DNA from: Rebecca billardiae RCC1528
Taxonomy: Eukaryota; Protista; Haptophyta
Assembly: GCA_965240325.2 (NCBI GenBank)
Contig: OZ251226.1
Coordinates: 1,116,001-1,180,000 of the forward strand
Reading direction: 5' to 3'
Length of the DNA stretch: 64,000 nt
The notes beneath the pieces are model-generated. The model did no database searches, was not told where the DNA came from, and saw nothing but the letters and a program-made list of their open reading frames with translations. Positions within the stretch are counted from its first letter, which is position 1, and each line of letters begins with the position of its first letter. The position numbers were made by a program, and so were the translations under genes. Positions 35,108-47,812 of this stretch are shown here, piece by piece.

Positions 35108-37403
35108 TCACCACACGTGCTGCGCCTCGAGGATCTTCTTCTCCCGCTTGATTTGCAGCAGGTGGTCGAACGCGAAGGTCATGAACTCCTTCGCGTCGAC
35201 CGAGCCGTTGGCGTCCGCGTCGACCATGCCCATCAGCGCGTAGATCTCGTGCCGCTCGAGGCCGAGGTCGGCAGAGCGCAGGCACAGCTCAAACTCGTTC
35301 TCGTCCTGCGTGCGCGCGCGCGTGCGTGCCGGCCGTGCGTGAGTGCGTCGGTCGGTGTGCGTACAGAGCTCAGCGCGCGCGGCGTGCGCGCGCGGTGGCC
35401 GCGGCCGACGGGACCGAGCGCCGAATGACGGCTGGGGGTCGCCCGCGCGCGCGCACCAGCATGGAGTTCTTGTCCACGTCGTGCTTGGCAAACGCGGTCG
35501 CAAACTCGGCCTCCATCTGCGCGCGCTCCTTGCCGTTCATCAGCTCGACTGGCGCAAAGTCGGCGCGCTCGAGCATCCGCGCGCGCTCGGTGAGCGACTC
35601 GGGCGTGCACAGCGCGCGGAGCATGCGCGTGACGACGGGCACGACCTTCTCGTAGATGATGCCGCCGTCCTCCTCCATCGGCGCCATCGCGACGATCGTG
35701 TTGGCCTGCATGCGCGAGAGAAGCACGACGTCCTGCGACATGAGCACGTCGACCATGCGCGTGCGGTAGAGCACGCCCTTGCCCTCGTAGTCGCCGGCGG
35801 CGAAGAGGTCGCGCACGCTCTGCTCGAGCTCGTCGAAGCCGACCACGCGCAGCTCGTGCTTGTAGTACTCCGTCAGCACGTCCACCATTGCCGCGGAGAA
35901 CTCGTCGAAGCTCAGCTGGCCGTCGCCGCTCACGTCGAGCGAGCTCATCACGAGTCGTACCTGCTTGGCGTTCAGCCCGAGCCGGGCGTCGCGGAGCACA
36001 GCGCGCAGCTCCTGCCGCGAGAGCTGGCCCGACTTGTCCGCGTCGTATAGCTCGAACGCGACGCGCGCGATCTCGATGACCTGCGCCTTGGGCATGCCGT
36101 TCACGAGCGCGCTCGCCGCCGCCTCCACCTCCGCGCTCAGTCGCTGCTCCTCCGCCTGCACCCGGTGCCGCGTGCGCATCGCCTGGATGACGTCCGTGGC
36201 GATCGGGATGAACTCGGCGTACGACACCTTGCCGTTGCCGTCCTCGTCGACCTCGGCGAGCAGCCGCTGGATCTCCGAGGGCTTGAGGCCGAGCGCCGCC
36301 GTGCGCATCAGCGTCTTGAACCTGCGCAGGGGAGGCGGGACACGCCGGGCGCGGGCGCGGGCAGCGCGCGTGAGCGCCGGCAGGCCTGGGTGCGTGCGCC
36401 GCGCGGCGCAAAGCTCCAATCCAGCGCGCGCGCGCGCGCGGCACGCACTCGACGGCGTCCAGCTGTCCGTTGCCGTCCTGGTCCGCCTCGCGGAACAGCC
36501 GCACCAACTCCTTCTCCAGAGACTCCACGCTCGCGCCCGTGGTGCCGATCGGGCCGGCCGAGCCCGTGCGCTCGGCCGCGTCGTCGTCGTCGTCGTCAGC
36601 GTGCGCGTGGGCGGCGGTCTCGAGGTGCTCGTACCCCGGGATCCCGAGCTGCTCGGCGAGCCGCGGCTGCGTGAACCACGACGCCGCGAACGCCTGCGCG
36701 TCCGTCGGCTTCTCCTCGACGAGCGCGCACAGGAAGCCGTGGACGAGCGCGCGCAGCTCCGGGTGCGCGCGCAGGTACTCCTCATTGTTGATCCGGATCG
36801 CCACGCTCTTTCGCCGCATCTGCGCGATGAGGTTGACCTGCCGCGTCGCCTTCTTCTCCTCCTCCATGCGCGCGAGCTCCTCGGAGCTCCCGGCGCGCTC
36901 GACCTCGGCCGGGTCGGCGCCGTCCGCGGAAGCGTACGGCGCCGCCTCCGCGCCCGAGTCGGGCGCGTCATGCGGCGAGGCCGGCGGCGTCGGCTCGGGC
37001 TGCGCGTCGACGGGTGGCTGCGCGTCCGCCTCGGCCTCAGGCTGTGCGCCGACGGGTGGCTGCGCGTCCGCATCGGCCTCAGGCTGCTCTGCCGCCGCAT
37101 CCGAAGGCGTGGCCTCTTCCTCAGCTGCCGTCGCGCCTGGCGACGGCTCTGCCGCTGAATCCGCGGCTGCCGTCGGCACGTCTGTGAGCGCCTCGGTCGG
37201 CTCCTGCGGCGGGTCCACATCCGCCGCGGGCTCTGGCGCCGCGTCCGCGCCCAGCTCTGCGTCGGGCTCCGGAGCCGGGTCAGGCTCTGCGGCATCTGGC
37301 GCCGGCGTCGGTGCTTCCGCCTCGGTCACGGGCGCGGGGTCCGTCTCGGGCTCGGGCTGCGATTCGGGCTCGGGCTCGGGCTCGGGCTGCGATTCGGGCT
37401 CGA

Positions 37404-37457
<54 letters not shown>

Positions 37458-37560
37458 ACTGCGGTTCGGGCTCGGGCTGAGCCTCGTGCTGCACCGCATC
37501 GGCAGGCCCAGCCTCCGGAGCGGGCTCTGCCGCCTGGAGCGGTTCGTCGCTATCCGCCAT
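35108..37560 (-). CDS. RIIa dimerization/docking domain + multiple EF-hand protein (radial spoke RSP7/RIIAD1-like), ~724 aa; exons 37560-36449, 36321-35457, 35305-35108
   Basis: [25 protein letters not shown]...FAASWFT (RIIa-like). EF loops [72 protein letters not shown]. Acidic (PE)n N-terminus. Confidence 0.85.
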
Positions 37561-37691
37561 TGATCAAGCTCGAAACCGACGACGACCCGGCCGCTCGCCA
37601 CTTACCCATACATACCCATATGCGTTGCGCACGGTAACTCTGCCAACTTCTTCCCGCGCGCGCGAGCCGCGAGGGACGAGGTGACAAGAAT

Positions 37692-39618
37692 ATGCGGGGC
37701 GACCGCTCCGAGTCGGCGGTACGGGCGTTGCTGGAACGTGCGGCCGAGGATGGGCGGCGTCGGCGTGCACGGGTGCGAAGGCCGATGATCGCGCTCGGCA
37801 CTGCGTGCGTCGTCGTGGGCCTCCCACTCATCATCCTCGATCAGGGCTGGTGGTTCGTCAGTGAGGTGGCGTCTGTGGTGCTCCTCCTGGGTGGGTGGTT
37901 CCTGGCCTGTGCCATGGTGCCTGACGACCCGAAGTCGCCCTACTTCGTCGCGGCCGCGGTCCTGGCTGTCGAAGCCGTGCTCTGCGTCTGGGACGTGTTC
38001 AACACTCTCAACCTTTTCTCGCTGGCACGCGCCGCCGGGTGCGACGAGCGGCAAAACGAGCAGCTGCTCTCCTGCCGGCACATGATGGTGTTGCAGGTGA
38101 CGAATGTGTGGGACACATGCGTCGCGTTCTGCGCCGTTGTCATCTCGATGCACACGCTGGTGAGTCGCTGGCAGCACGGGCCTCAGCCCCGGCGCGCGCG
38201 GCGCCGAATCATCCTGCTGATGCGGTTCTACCTCGTGTCGTACACAATCGGCATCACGCTGCGCGAGCTGAGCTCGGTGGTGCACGGGACGGAGGAGGAG
38301 CGCTCGTTTGTGGCCATGATCCCCGCGTTCCTGTTCGCCGCTTTCGTGATGCTGCTGTCCGGCGTCGCCATGTCGCCCGGCGGCATCGAGCGCGTGCACC
38401 GCCGGCTCATCTCGCGTGGCCTCACAGAGGGCGCGAGCTCGGCCGCGGCGATCGCCTCACTGATCGGCGGCAGTGGGCGCGCCCCGGCCGAGACGATGGA
38501 CAGGGCTCTCGCCACACTGCGCAGTGTGCCACTCGACCGACTCGAGCGGCGCCACTTCGCACCCCCGCCACGAGCGAAGGCACGCAGGGACGCGAGCTTG
38601 CCTGTCGCGCTCTCCAGCAGGATGTCGTTAGTGGCAGGCTTGCGCGAGCGCCACTCCACCGAAGAGGGGGGCGCTGCGCTGGGCGGTCCACAGGGTTCGA
38701 GGCGTGCGAGCTCCGGAAGGCAATCCGCTATCCACCCGGTCGAGAGCGTCGAGGCCTCTCCGACGTCACCCGACCGCTCCCGTCCCGACACGGTTCGGTC
38801 CGACTCGCCGCAGTCGAGCTCGCCAAAGGGTGCGGCCTCTGTCTGCCAGCCCGCCGAGTTTGGCCGCATCGACGCGTTCGTGAGCCACAGGTGCGTACCC
38901 GCGTTGCTCGCGCGCGATCGGTGCGCGCAGCACGCCGCTCACGCACGCCTCCCTTGCTGTGTGCACGCGCAGCTGGTCGGACGACCCTGACGCCAAGTGG
39001 GCGGCGCTGCAGCGCTGGCGCGAGCGCTTCAAGGCCAAGAACCTGCGCGAGCCGACGATCTGGCTCGACCGGCTCTGCATCGACCAGGACAACATCAGCG
39101 AGTCGCTCGAGAGCCTCCCCGTCTTCCTCGCGGGCTGTCGCACGATGCTCGCGCTCGTGGGCGACACGTACACCGAGCGGCTGTGGTGCGTGATGGAGCT
39201 CGCCGTCTTCACGATGACGGGCGGCGAGGCCGACCAGGTCGAGTGGATAACGCTCGACGGCGCGAAGCGAACGGACGTCCGCGACTTCGACGTGCGGCAT
39301 GCTCGATGCACGAGCGAGGTGGACATGGACCGACTGCTCTCGACCATCGACGCGTCGTTCGAGGGCATCGAGCGCTTCAACACGACGATTCGGAAGCTCC
39401 TTGCGCGTGCGACCGCCAAGTGGAGCACGCCGCGCAGCAGCACGACGCTGGCTCCGGACTTGAGGCGAGGGACATCTACATCTTCCACGCTCGGGCTCGG
39501 GCGTGCTGGCAGCAACATCCACAGCGGCGCGGGCCGCAGTGATGACGGCAGCGGACATCCGAGCGGCTACTTGTCCCAGAGTCAGATTCTCAGGAGTGGC
39601 TCGGATTCTGCAGCATGA
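37692..39618 (+). CDS. Polytopic (~6 TM) membrane protein with C-terminal TIR-like domain, ~614 aa; exons 37692-38890, 38973-39618
   Basis: Six hydrophobic segments, then DAFVSHSWSD...IWLDRLCIDQ...LAGCRTMLALVGDTYTERLWCVMEL. The phase-2 intron restores the SHSW motif. Confidence 0.82.
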
Positions 39619-41085
39619 CTGACCGTTGGCGTTGACCGCGCTGATGACTGAGAGTGAGACTGAGACTGAGTGAGTGATGAGCAGTCAGACTCAGAGTAGA
39701 ACTAGAAGCCTCGTACTCGTATTGTCTGTCGTGCACTCACGTGACGGTGCGCCGTAGTGCGGTACGGGACGTGGTCCGATCGCGCGCGATATATACCGAG
39801 TATTCCGTACAGTAACTACGCTGTAAGCCGACTTCTCCGTTCTGACGGCGGGCGGTACCCTCCGATCAGGCCCTCCGAATGAGTCCGCCGATTACTCTCT
39901 GACGGGAGCGGCCGCGCCGCCGCGGGCCCGTGTCGTAGCGGCTAGGCCGGCTGGCGCCGACGGCGCAGTTCGCGGCAGGTCCGTCCGGCTCGTCTCCGAT
40001 CGATACTTATGCAATGTTGCTAAGCTTCGAGTGCATCTGGCGTCTCCGATGGGCCATGGGGCGCCACGGCCGGCGTCGCAGCAGCTGTGCTAAATGAAAT
40101 GAATAACAAGGACGGATCGTCATCATATCAATTATCATCGCTCGTATAGGGACCCACAAATTTAGTTGCCGGCTGCAGCAGGCACGACTTTGTCTCAGCC
40201 CGCACGCCCGCTACGCGCCGACCCGGGCAGAGCCCATCCGCCCGCGCATGCACCAGGCCCAGCCGCGTCAGTACATACCCACCCGGCCGCGGCACCCGCG
40301 CTCTGTGCGCCACGGTGTCGATGCGCCCGGCAGTCGGTGCGCATGCACGAGCCAGCCGGCGGGCAGCTACGGGCTGGTTTTCGGCGTGGAGCGCGGTCGT
40401 GTGAGCTGCATTAATTCAGCTGACCCCCGGCTTTTGTGCATTCGGGAGTCGTGCTGCTACGGTGGGCGTGCCACGCGCCTAAACTCGACGCTGGCAAAAT
40501 TAGGCGACGAAAGTGCACGCGCAGCCACACGCAGCCCATATTGATGCTCTCGGAGCAGGCTCGGGCATGCACTCGATCGGCTCTGGCTGACGGCAGCGCC
40601 AAGCTGGCGGCGCGGCGCGAGGGTGCATGCGTGGCGTGGGCGGAGCTACGTCGCACACGCACCGCGCGGCGCGCGGCTCAGCGCACGGAGGCTGCCGACA
40701 GCCGGCGGCACGCAGGCAGGTCTGCTCGCCGCCAGTCGAGCTCGCCGGCCGCCGGGTACCAAACGTCAACCCAGGATGCACAGCCACGCCTATTTGCGAG
40801 GACTCGAGCAATCGGGTCCGGGCGCACCTCATGTGCACGGCAGTGGAGTGGGCCAAGTACGCCCCTGGTATGGTGGCGCGCCGCTGCTTTGCTGCGCTGA
40901 TATGGCGAACAATGTCGGGAGGCTTAAACTTGTGAGGGACTATAGTCCTTTGAAGGTGTTTTGTTTTTATTCTCAGCATCGAACGGCGGAAAATCGCGGT
41001 TGCTAGGATCCGGACAGCTCGGCCCGACTAATCCGGTGTCGGCCCTCGACGCCAGGCGTGGCCGCTGTCGTCGAGCAGGACGACG

Positions 41086-43635
41086 ATGGTGGAGAATGGA
41101 GGGGCGTCGTCGGACAACGACAAGGCCGCAGCCGCGCGCGCGTGCTTCTACGCGCATGACTACGTCGGCGCCCGCCAGCAGCTGCAGTCCATCGCCTCCG
41201 CCGACGCGAAGCAGAAGCACAACCTCGCGCTGGCTGACTACTACGCCTCTGGGTGCGAGTCGCCCGAGCAGCTGCTGCAGCGGCTCGAGGGGCTGAAGCA
41301 GGCGGACGGGGACGGCGAGGCGGTTGTGGACAGCTCGCTCGCGCAGTACAACGCCGCCGTGCTCCACTTCCAGCTCGAGCAGTACGGCCGCTGCCGCGCG
41401 CTGCTCGAGCCCATGTTCCTCAACATCGAGCCAGTCGATGAGTTCCTCGCGTTCCGCGTGTGCTTCCTGCTGATCGAGGTGTGCCTGCTGCAGCGCGACG
41501 CGGCGCTCGCGGTGCAGGTGCTCAGCTACCTCGACCGCTCGTACGCCAGCCTCACCAGCGCCGACAAGGCGTCGGCGGCGAGCGCGAACGGCTCGGAGGG
41601 CGGCGGCGGCGCGGCGGCGAGCGCACCAGCCGGCGGCGCCGCGGAGGGCGGGGGGAAGAGCGCGGGCGCGCCGTCGGAGTGGCCGAACAAGCGGTCGAGC
41701 CGGCCCTCGCCCGTCGTGATCTCCCCGTCCGAGGTCGAGCTCCTCCTCCACCTCTTCAGCGCGCGCGTGCACATGCTGCTGGGCGCGCGGCCGGCCGCCA
41801 AGCACGCGATCAGTGCGGCGCTCGTCACGAGCGCGCAGGACCCGCGGGCGCTCTTCCTGAAGGCGCAGCTCGAGCTGTCGCGCGGCAACGCGCGGAAGGC
41901 GATTAAGGTGCTCAACTCGTGCGGCCGGCAGGGCGGCGACCCCAACCTCGCCGCGCTCTACTTCAACAACCTCGGCTGCGTGCACGCAGCCATCAAGCGC
42001 CACCACGCCGCCGCCTTTTATTTTCAGCGCGCGCAGCAGGAGAACCACGCGACCTGCGGGCCGCACGGCGGGGCGGCTGGTGCGCGCGCGCGTGCGCCGC
42101 GCGAGCCACGACGCCCGCCACGCCCGTACCCGCGCGAGGTGGCCCCACGTGCTCACGCGGCCGCCGCGGCGCGTGCGCGCGCCCCCGCGCGTGTTGCGTC
42201 CGCGCGCGCGCGCAGCGGCGGGCGGAGCGGGCGCGAAGCCGTTCAGCTGCGACCGGCGCGCGGAGCTGCTGTACAACAAGGGGTTGCAGCTGCTGCTCAC
42301 CGGCGAGCCGCGCCTCGCCTTCGCGTGCTTCCAGGAGGCGCTGCACAAGCTGTACGCGTGGCCGTTCATTTGGCTGCGGCTAGGCGAGTGTTGCGTGGCA
42401 GTCGCGGAGACCCGGCTGGCGGCGGCGCTCGAGCCCGCCGCCGAAGACGACGACCTGCACGTGGGACTGGGCGCGCGCGCGGGTGTGCTCGGCGTGCCGC
42501 GCGTGCGCCTGCCCGCCGCGCCCGCCGCCGGTGCCTCGATGCTCCTCGCAGCCGAGGCCGGCGCACCGGCAGCGGCCGACGGCGGCGGCGCCGGCTCAAC
42601 AGACACGGCCTCGGTGTTGTCCGCGCATCAGCAGCAGCAGCAGCAGCAGCCAACCCTCAGCTACGCCGTGCAGTGCTTCCGGAATGCGCTGCACACCAAG
42701 CGGTCCACGGTCGCCGCGATGCCCGCGGCCGCGCCGGCAGACGACGGAGCGGACGACGTCGCTGCCGAGTCGGACGACTCGCCCGCGCTCAAGGCCACAG
42801 CAGGTGGGTCCCTCAGCGCCACGCCGGCGCGCTCGCTCGTGCGCCCCCGCGCGGCGCCGGCCGTCCGCGTGCGCGCGCGCGCGCCGGCCGTGGCGCCGCG
42901 CCCCGCGCCATTCCGACCACTCGCCCGCCGCCTCGCGCCCCGCCGCCGCTCGGTGCGCGCAGGCGCGGAGGGCGAGCTGCCCGGCGCGCACGCCATGCGC
43001 CACGTCGCGCTGCTCAACCTCGCGTGGGTAGGGCTCTCCATCGCCGATCCCGCGATGGCGCTCTCGGCCGTGGACGAGCTGACGGCCGGATCGCAGCGCA
43101 TCGCGCCGCTGCATCGGCTGCTCGCGGCCATGTACGCGGCGGAGGCGCTGTGCGCGCTCAACCGCCCGGCGCAGGCCGCGCAGCGCTTGGCGCCCACGGC
43201 GCTGGCAGACGTGCTGTCTCAAACGGCGCTGGACGCCTCGCCGCACGCGCCGGGTGCCTCGCTGCGCACGGCCATCTCGCCGGCCACCTCGGCGGCGCTC
43301 CTGCCGAGCACGGCGCGCGCGCTGCTCGCGACCAACATGGCGGTGGCGCACATCGCGTGCGACGACCTGCAGTCCGCGGAGCAGTGCGTGCTGCAGGCGC
43401 TGGCGCTCAAGCCGCAAGCGCGCGAGCCGCTGCTCGTGCTCGCGTACCTCGAGCTCAGGAGCGGTGCGCGCGCCTCTGCTGCGCACCTGCGCGCGTGGCG
43501 ACCGTCCGCCCGCGCCCGCGCGCGCGCGCGGCGCACCAACTTGGCCCGCGCGCGACCCCGTGACCTCGTGCAGGCAATGACGAGGCTGCACTGCGCATCC
43601 TGCGCACAGGGCGTGCAGTGCCCCGCGCGGGATGA
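41086..43635 (+). CDS. CNOT10: CCR4-NOT complex subunit 10 (TPR protein); exons 41086-42079, 42216-42803, 42963-43463, 43574-43635
   Basis: YNAAVLHF, LFLKAQLELSRGN..KAIKVL, NNLGCVH, RRAELLYNKGLQLLLTGEP..AF.CF, WLRLGECC, YAAEAL..LNR, and terminal YLELRSGNDEAALRIL. Confidence 0.9.
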
Positions 43636-44270
43636 TCCGCGCCCTGGGCCGCTGGGCGCGATTGACTTATCCGATTGTGCGTTGCACGGGGTTATGATGC
43701 ACCACAGAATAGATTCCTACGACTCATGGGAGGCGCGCGCCCGTTATCGGAATGCTGAATAAACCTGATCTATAGTGACTGATGATGCCGTATCGGACAT
43801 CGACGGTGCGGCCCGGGGCCGGGGCATAGTCAGCTCGCCTCCGTGGCGGCGGAGAGAGCCTTACTAGTTACTACTCGCGCGGAGTCTAATTGTAACTTAA
43901 TTGAGATATCTTCGGATGAGGCTCCCGCCGAGACAGTGTCATCACACGGGACAGCGGACTCCGGTATCGTCGTCCGTGTAGTCAGTGTAGAGCACTGCTG
44001 CAGACTGCAGCAGTTCCGAGCAGGTCTACACAGTACACTACTGTAGAACTTTATTGCAGTCTGATCTCAGTTATTATTATTTATAATGACCGCGTTCCGC
44101 GGTCTTTTTCCGTAGAACGAACGTAGTTCGGGGCCCGCGGTGCACCCTCCGTCGGCTGCTGTCTCAGTCTGACATGTGTAACAGTTCGCCTGAGCTGCCA
44201 CCGCCAACTCAGTCACTGCCGCCCACCGGGCCGGCGGGCCGAGGACTGTCGCCGCGGGCCGCCGCGGGGA

Positions 44271-45445
44271 CTAGCGGCCGGCGCGCGCGCGCAGGCAGGG
44301 CGAGAGGCGCTGGCGCGGCGCGAGCCGGCGCGTGCGCGCGAGCGGGCGCACCTGCTTGAGGTACTCGCCCTGCGCCATGCGCTCGACGACGGGCCGCTGG
44401 TCGCTCGTGCCGGCAGAGCGAGAGCGCGCGCCACTGCTGGCCCCGGCCTGCCGGCTGCGCAGCCTCGCACCGAGACCGACCGAGCGGAGCTCGGGGCGGT
44501 GGAACGAGGCGAGCGGCGCGTCGCGCCTGCCGCCGCGCGTGCGCGCCTGCTCCACCGCGCCGTCGTGCTCGCCCGCCGCCTCCTCCGCCGCGTCGGCCTC
44601 GAAGACGGCGGCTGCCAGCGGCAGGCTGAGCCGCGCGCGACTCACTCACACTGTGAGTCACACCCGCGGTCGCCTCGACAGCCATCTATCCACAGCTGCT
44701 CGAGCTGCTGGAGGGCGCCGCGACGATGGCAGCGCGGGCGCCCAGCGCGTCCGTTGCCGCGTCGCTCAGCTCGTCGAGCTCGGCGCCGCACTTCGCCAGC
44801 TTGGCGCCTAGCGCCTCCGCGTGTCACGTGCTCGTGCACGTCAGCCTGCTGATACGCCGCGGGTAACGCCGCCGCCCATCGGCACTTCTGGCATCTGCGC
44901 GCGCAGCTGCTGCAGCTCGACGGCGGAGTCGTCGCGGCTGGCGGCGAGGGTGCGCACCGCGTCGATTGCCGAGGCCTGCAGCCCGGTGATCGCCGCGTCG
45001 ACGCGCGCGGCGATTTCCCCACGCAGAGTCTCCTCGCGCCACGTGGCCGCCGCTCGCGTGCAGGCAGGCAGCTGGGCGCCGCTGCGCGACCCGGAACCAG
45101 CGCGCGTTTCACTGATATGCTCCTGCTCGTCCTCACGCTGCTGCACCTCCGCGCCGCCGTCGACCGAGTTGAGGAGGAGCTCGCGCTCAGCGTCGAGGCG
45201 CGAGCTCGCGTGCTTGAGCTCGCCCTTCAGCCGCGCGAGCTCCGGGCGCATCCGGCTCATCAGCTCTGCCGCGCCGGCTCGCTCGGCGGTCGCTCTGCTC
45301 CGGGCGGCGAGCGACGAGCTCGCGTGCTCCGGACTCGGCTCGCCCTTGCGCGCTGCTCCTCGAGTGACGAACGCGCCCGCGGGCAGGCTGTTGCCCGTCG
45401 CCCCCGCCGCGATCTCGCCGCCCCCGCCGCGATCTCGTCGCGCAT
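44271..45445 (-). pseudogene. Frame-disrupted coiled-coil-like coding remnant
   Basis: Protein-like segments (MSRMRPELARLKGELK..., EALGAKLAKCGAELDEL, ALQQLEQLWIDG, VVERMAQGEYLKQ) lie in different frames, and no clear introns explain the shifts. Boundaries are approximate. Confidence 0.35.
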
Positions 45446-46705
45446 GCTCCGTGCGCAGCGCGACGCAACTGGTGCGCGCGCTCCGTGTCTGGCGCGCGCC
45501 TAGTAGCGGCAGCGAGGCCTGTTAACTGACTACTGTATGCTTGTTTTACTATGGTCATGTGCTTATGTACTATGGTCACAGTCTACCCACAATTACCCAC
45601 CCTCGCACACTTGGACGTGGGTTTCGTTGATTCCTCTGACTATCAAAAGAGCGGACGCGTCCATTTCTCGCTGCAACATTTGGATGTCTCTTGCGGTCTC
45701 AAAATTCGAAACTCGGTCTCCTCCAGCCCTGAAAATCGTCCCCCATGGCAGCCCATCCCTTTTTTCTTTGATCAAAGATCTTTTTGAAACGTGGTTAGGG
45801 CCCACGGAGCGGGCTCCACGCTGCGCGCTCCGCCCTGCACCGCGGGCCATAATACTATCGTAGTCGTATAGCTGCTACTACGACTAGTCCGATACCGTAT
45901 TTCGGTTATTGCCAACTCATACTGTAGCGGTTAGTACCTACCGACGCTCGCTATCATTGGCCGTATACGGACATATCGACATTATCAGCATCAGGGACAG
46001 GGTCATCATAATCAATATAAAGGACTCTAACCGACCCGTAATTTTATATATATTACAGCAGCAAAAATTCAATAATTGATGTAGCGGCTACCTACCATAC
46101 GCCGACTCGTGGCGCCCCGTGGCCGTGGACTCAGACAGGACTCTCAGCGCCGAGTTGACCGGACTCATCTCGGACGAGGCGGCAGCTAGTATTGAGTAGT
46201 AGCTTAACGTCTAACGATCGTGTGAGTATATATATATAATATATGTCAATAATAATGACTAAATGAGTGGCGGACCTGAGTGAGCAGTCTCAGTTACAGA
46301 CGACGACCACTGCCACCGATGTCTAAAATGTCTAAATTTGCTAGCAGCACTATCGTCGTCACCGGGCCGTTAAATAAGACGATGATATATTATTAATATT
46401 CGTCATCAACATCAGCTTGACCAGCTACCATACATCAGCATCAGCAGCATCATATTATTTAATCGTTGTTAATAATAATCGCGCACAGTTAGTAAATTGA
46501 ATTACTGACCCGGCGGCGGGCGCGGCCCGTGGCCGTGACGCCGGTCCGCGCTGCTGGTCCGCGCACCCAGCCGAGCCAACTCACTGCCTCACACTCACAG
46601 CTGGACTCGATCCGCGCGCGAGCAGCCCGGAACATGTCGGGCGTGCCGGGCCAGCGCACGCCCCTGTCGCCGCACCACCGACCACGCCCTCAGCACTAGC
46701 AGGCC

Positions 46706-47695
46706 TCAGTCCCTCCCCTCGCCGTCGGTCGGGTCGGCGCCAAACGCGCCCTGCTCCTGCATCAAGTTGTGCCCCCACATGTCGCGCCGGCCCGCCTCGG
46801 CCGCGGCGAGCGCGAGCCCGGCCTCGCCGTGCGCCTCGCCGAGCTCGGCAGCGGCCGCGGCGTAGAGCGCCTGGCGCACCTGGCAGTCGCGCGTGTACAC
46901 AAGCCGGTTGCGCATCCACGGCGCATCGGGCGCGCACTCCACCCAGCCGAGCCAGTGCTCGACCGCGCGCTCGCACGCGGCCGCGGCGGCCGCGACGGCC
47001 GCGTCGGTCAGCGGGAGCGCGAGCGCGAGCGCGAGCGGGCCGCCGACGAGGCCGCCGTCATCCCCGCCGAACTGCCGCCGCCCGCTCACGCGCACGCCCT
47101 CTGCCGCGCCCGCCGCCTGCGTTGCGCCGTCGGCGTCGAGCAGCGCGTCGCGCCACGCGCGCACCTCCGGCGTGAAGAAGCGCTCGTCGTACTCGGTACG
47201 CAGCGCGGCCTGCGCGAATTCGTCGCGGCTCGCCGGCGGCGCGCCCGCGCGCTCGTACGCCGCGTTGAGCCGCGGCCGAAAGTCGAGCTCGAGCGCGAGC
47301 GAGCCCGCGCGCACGCCGGCGCGCACAAACAGGTTTGGCACGTCGGCGGTCGGCGCGCACCAGCCGGCCAGGTCGTGGAGCGCAGCACCGCACGGCTGGC
47401 GGAGCGTGCGCGCCGACACCCACGGCACGCGCGCGCTCGACGCGTCCAGCCCGCGCACCGCGCCCGTCGCGCCGCCGCGCAGCACAAACGCGTCGGCGGC
47501 CGTCTCGTCGCCGCCGAGCCGCGCGCCGATCCGCGCAAAGAGCGCCGCGTGCACGGCGCCGAGCGCGTCGGACGCGGCCGCCGGGGTGGTGGCGCTGCCC
47601 GCGCTGAGCCGCGGCCGCGCCCTCGCCGTCGCGCACGTGCTACCTCCACGGAGAACATGTCCGTGGAGGCACAAGATGATGGCAAGCGCCGCCAT
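46706..47695 (-). CDS. Red chlorophyll catabolite reductase-like (ferredoxin-dependent bilin reductase fold), plastid-type leader, ~329 aa
   Basis: W..PTADVPNL....LELDFRPR...EYDERFF and VEHWLGWVE...YTRDCQVR resemble RCCR. Signal peptide MAALAIILCLHG. Confidence 0.65.
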   Translation of the reverse strand: MAALAIILCLHGHVLRGGSTCATARARPRLSAGSATTPAAASDALGAVHAALFARIGARLGGDETAADAFVLRGGATGAVRGLDASSARVPWVSARTLRQPCGAALHDLAGWCAPTADVPNLFVRAGVRAGSLALELDFRPRLNAAYERAGAPPASRDEFAQAALRTEYDERFFTPEVRAWRDALLDADGATQAAGAAEGVRVSGRRQFGGDDGGLVGGPLALALALPLTDAAVAAAAAACERAVEHWLGWVECAPDAPWMRNRLVYTRDCQVRQALYAAAAAELGEAHGEAGLALAAAEAGRRDMWGHNLMQEQGAFGADPTDGEGRD

Positions 47696-47760
47696 CGTTT
47701 GATCGCTCGACGCTCGTCGCGCCCGCGACTCAGGGCTGGGAATTCGTCGTACAGTGACCA

Positions 47761-47812
47761 TCACGTGTCGTCACGGCTGCCCAACAGGCGTGATCACGTG
47801 ACATCACGTGAC
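47761..47812. promoter_or_regulatory. CACGTG (E/G-box) cluster, 3 copies
   Basis: CACGTG at 47762, 47795 and 47805, about 65-115 bp upstream of the RCCR-like ATG. Confidence 0.5.

Noticed and set aside
40145-40945. Weak inverted similarity (TATAG..CACAA.TTTA) suggesting a Tc1/mariner-like relic
   Set aside because: Only about 15 of 21 bases match and there is no coding evidence.
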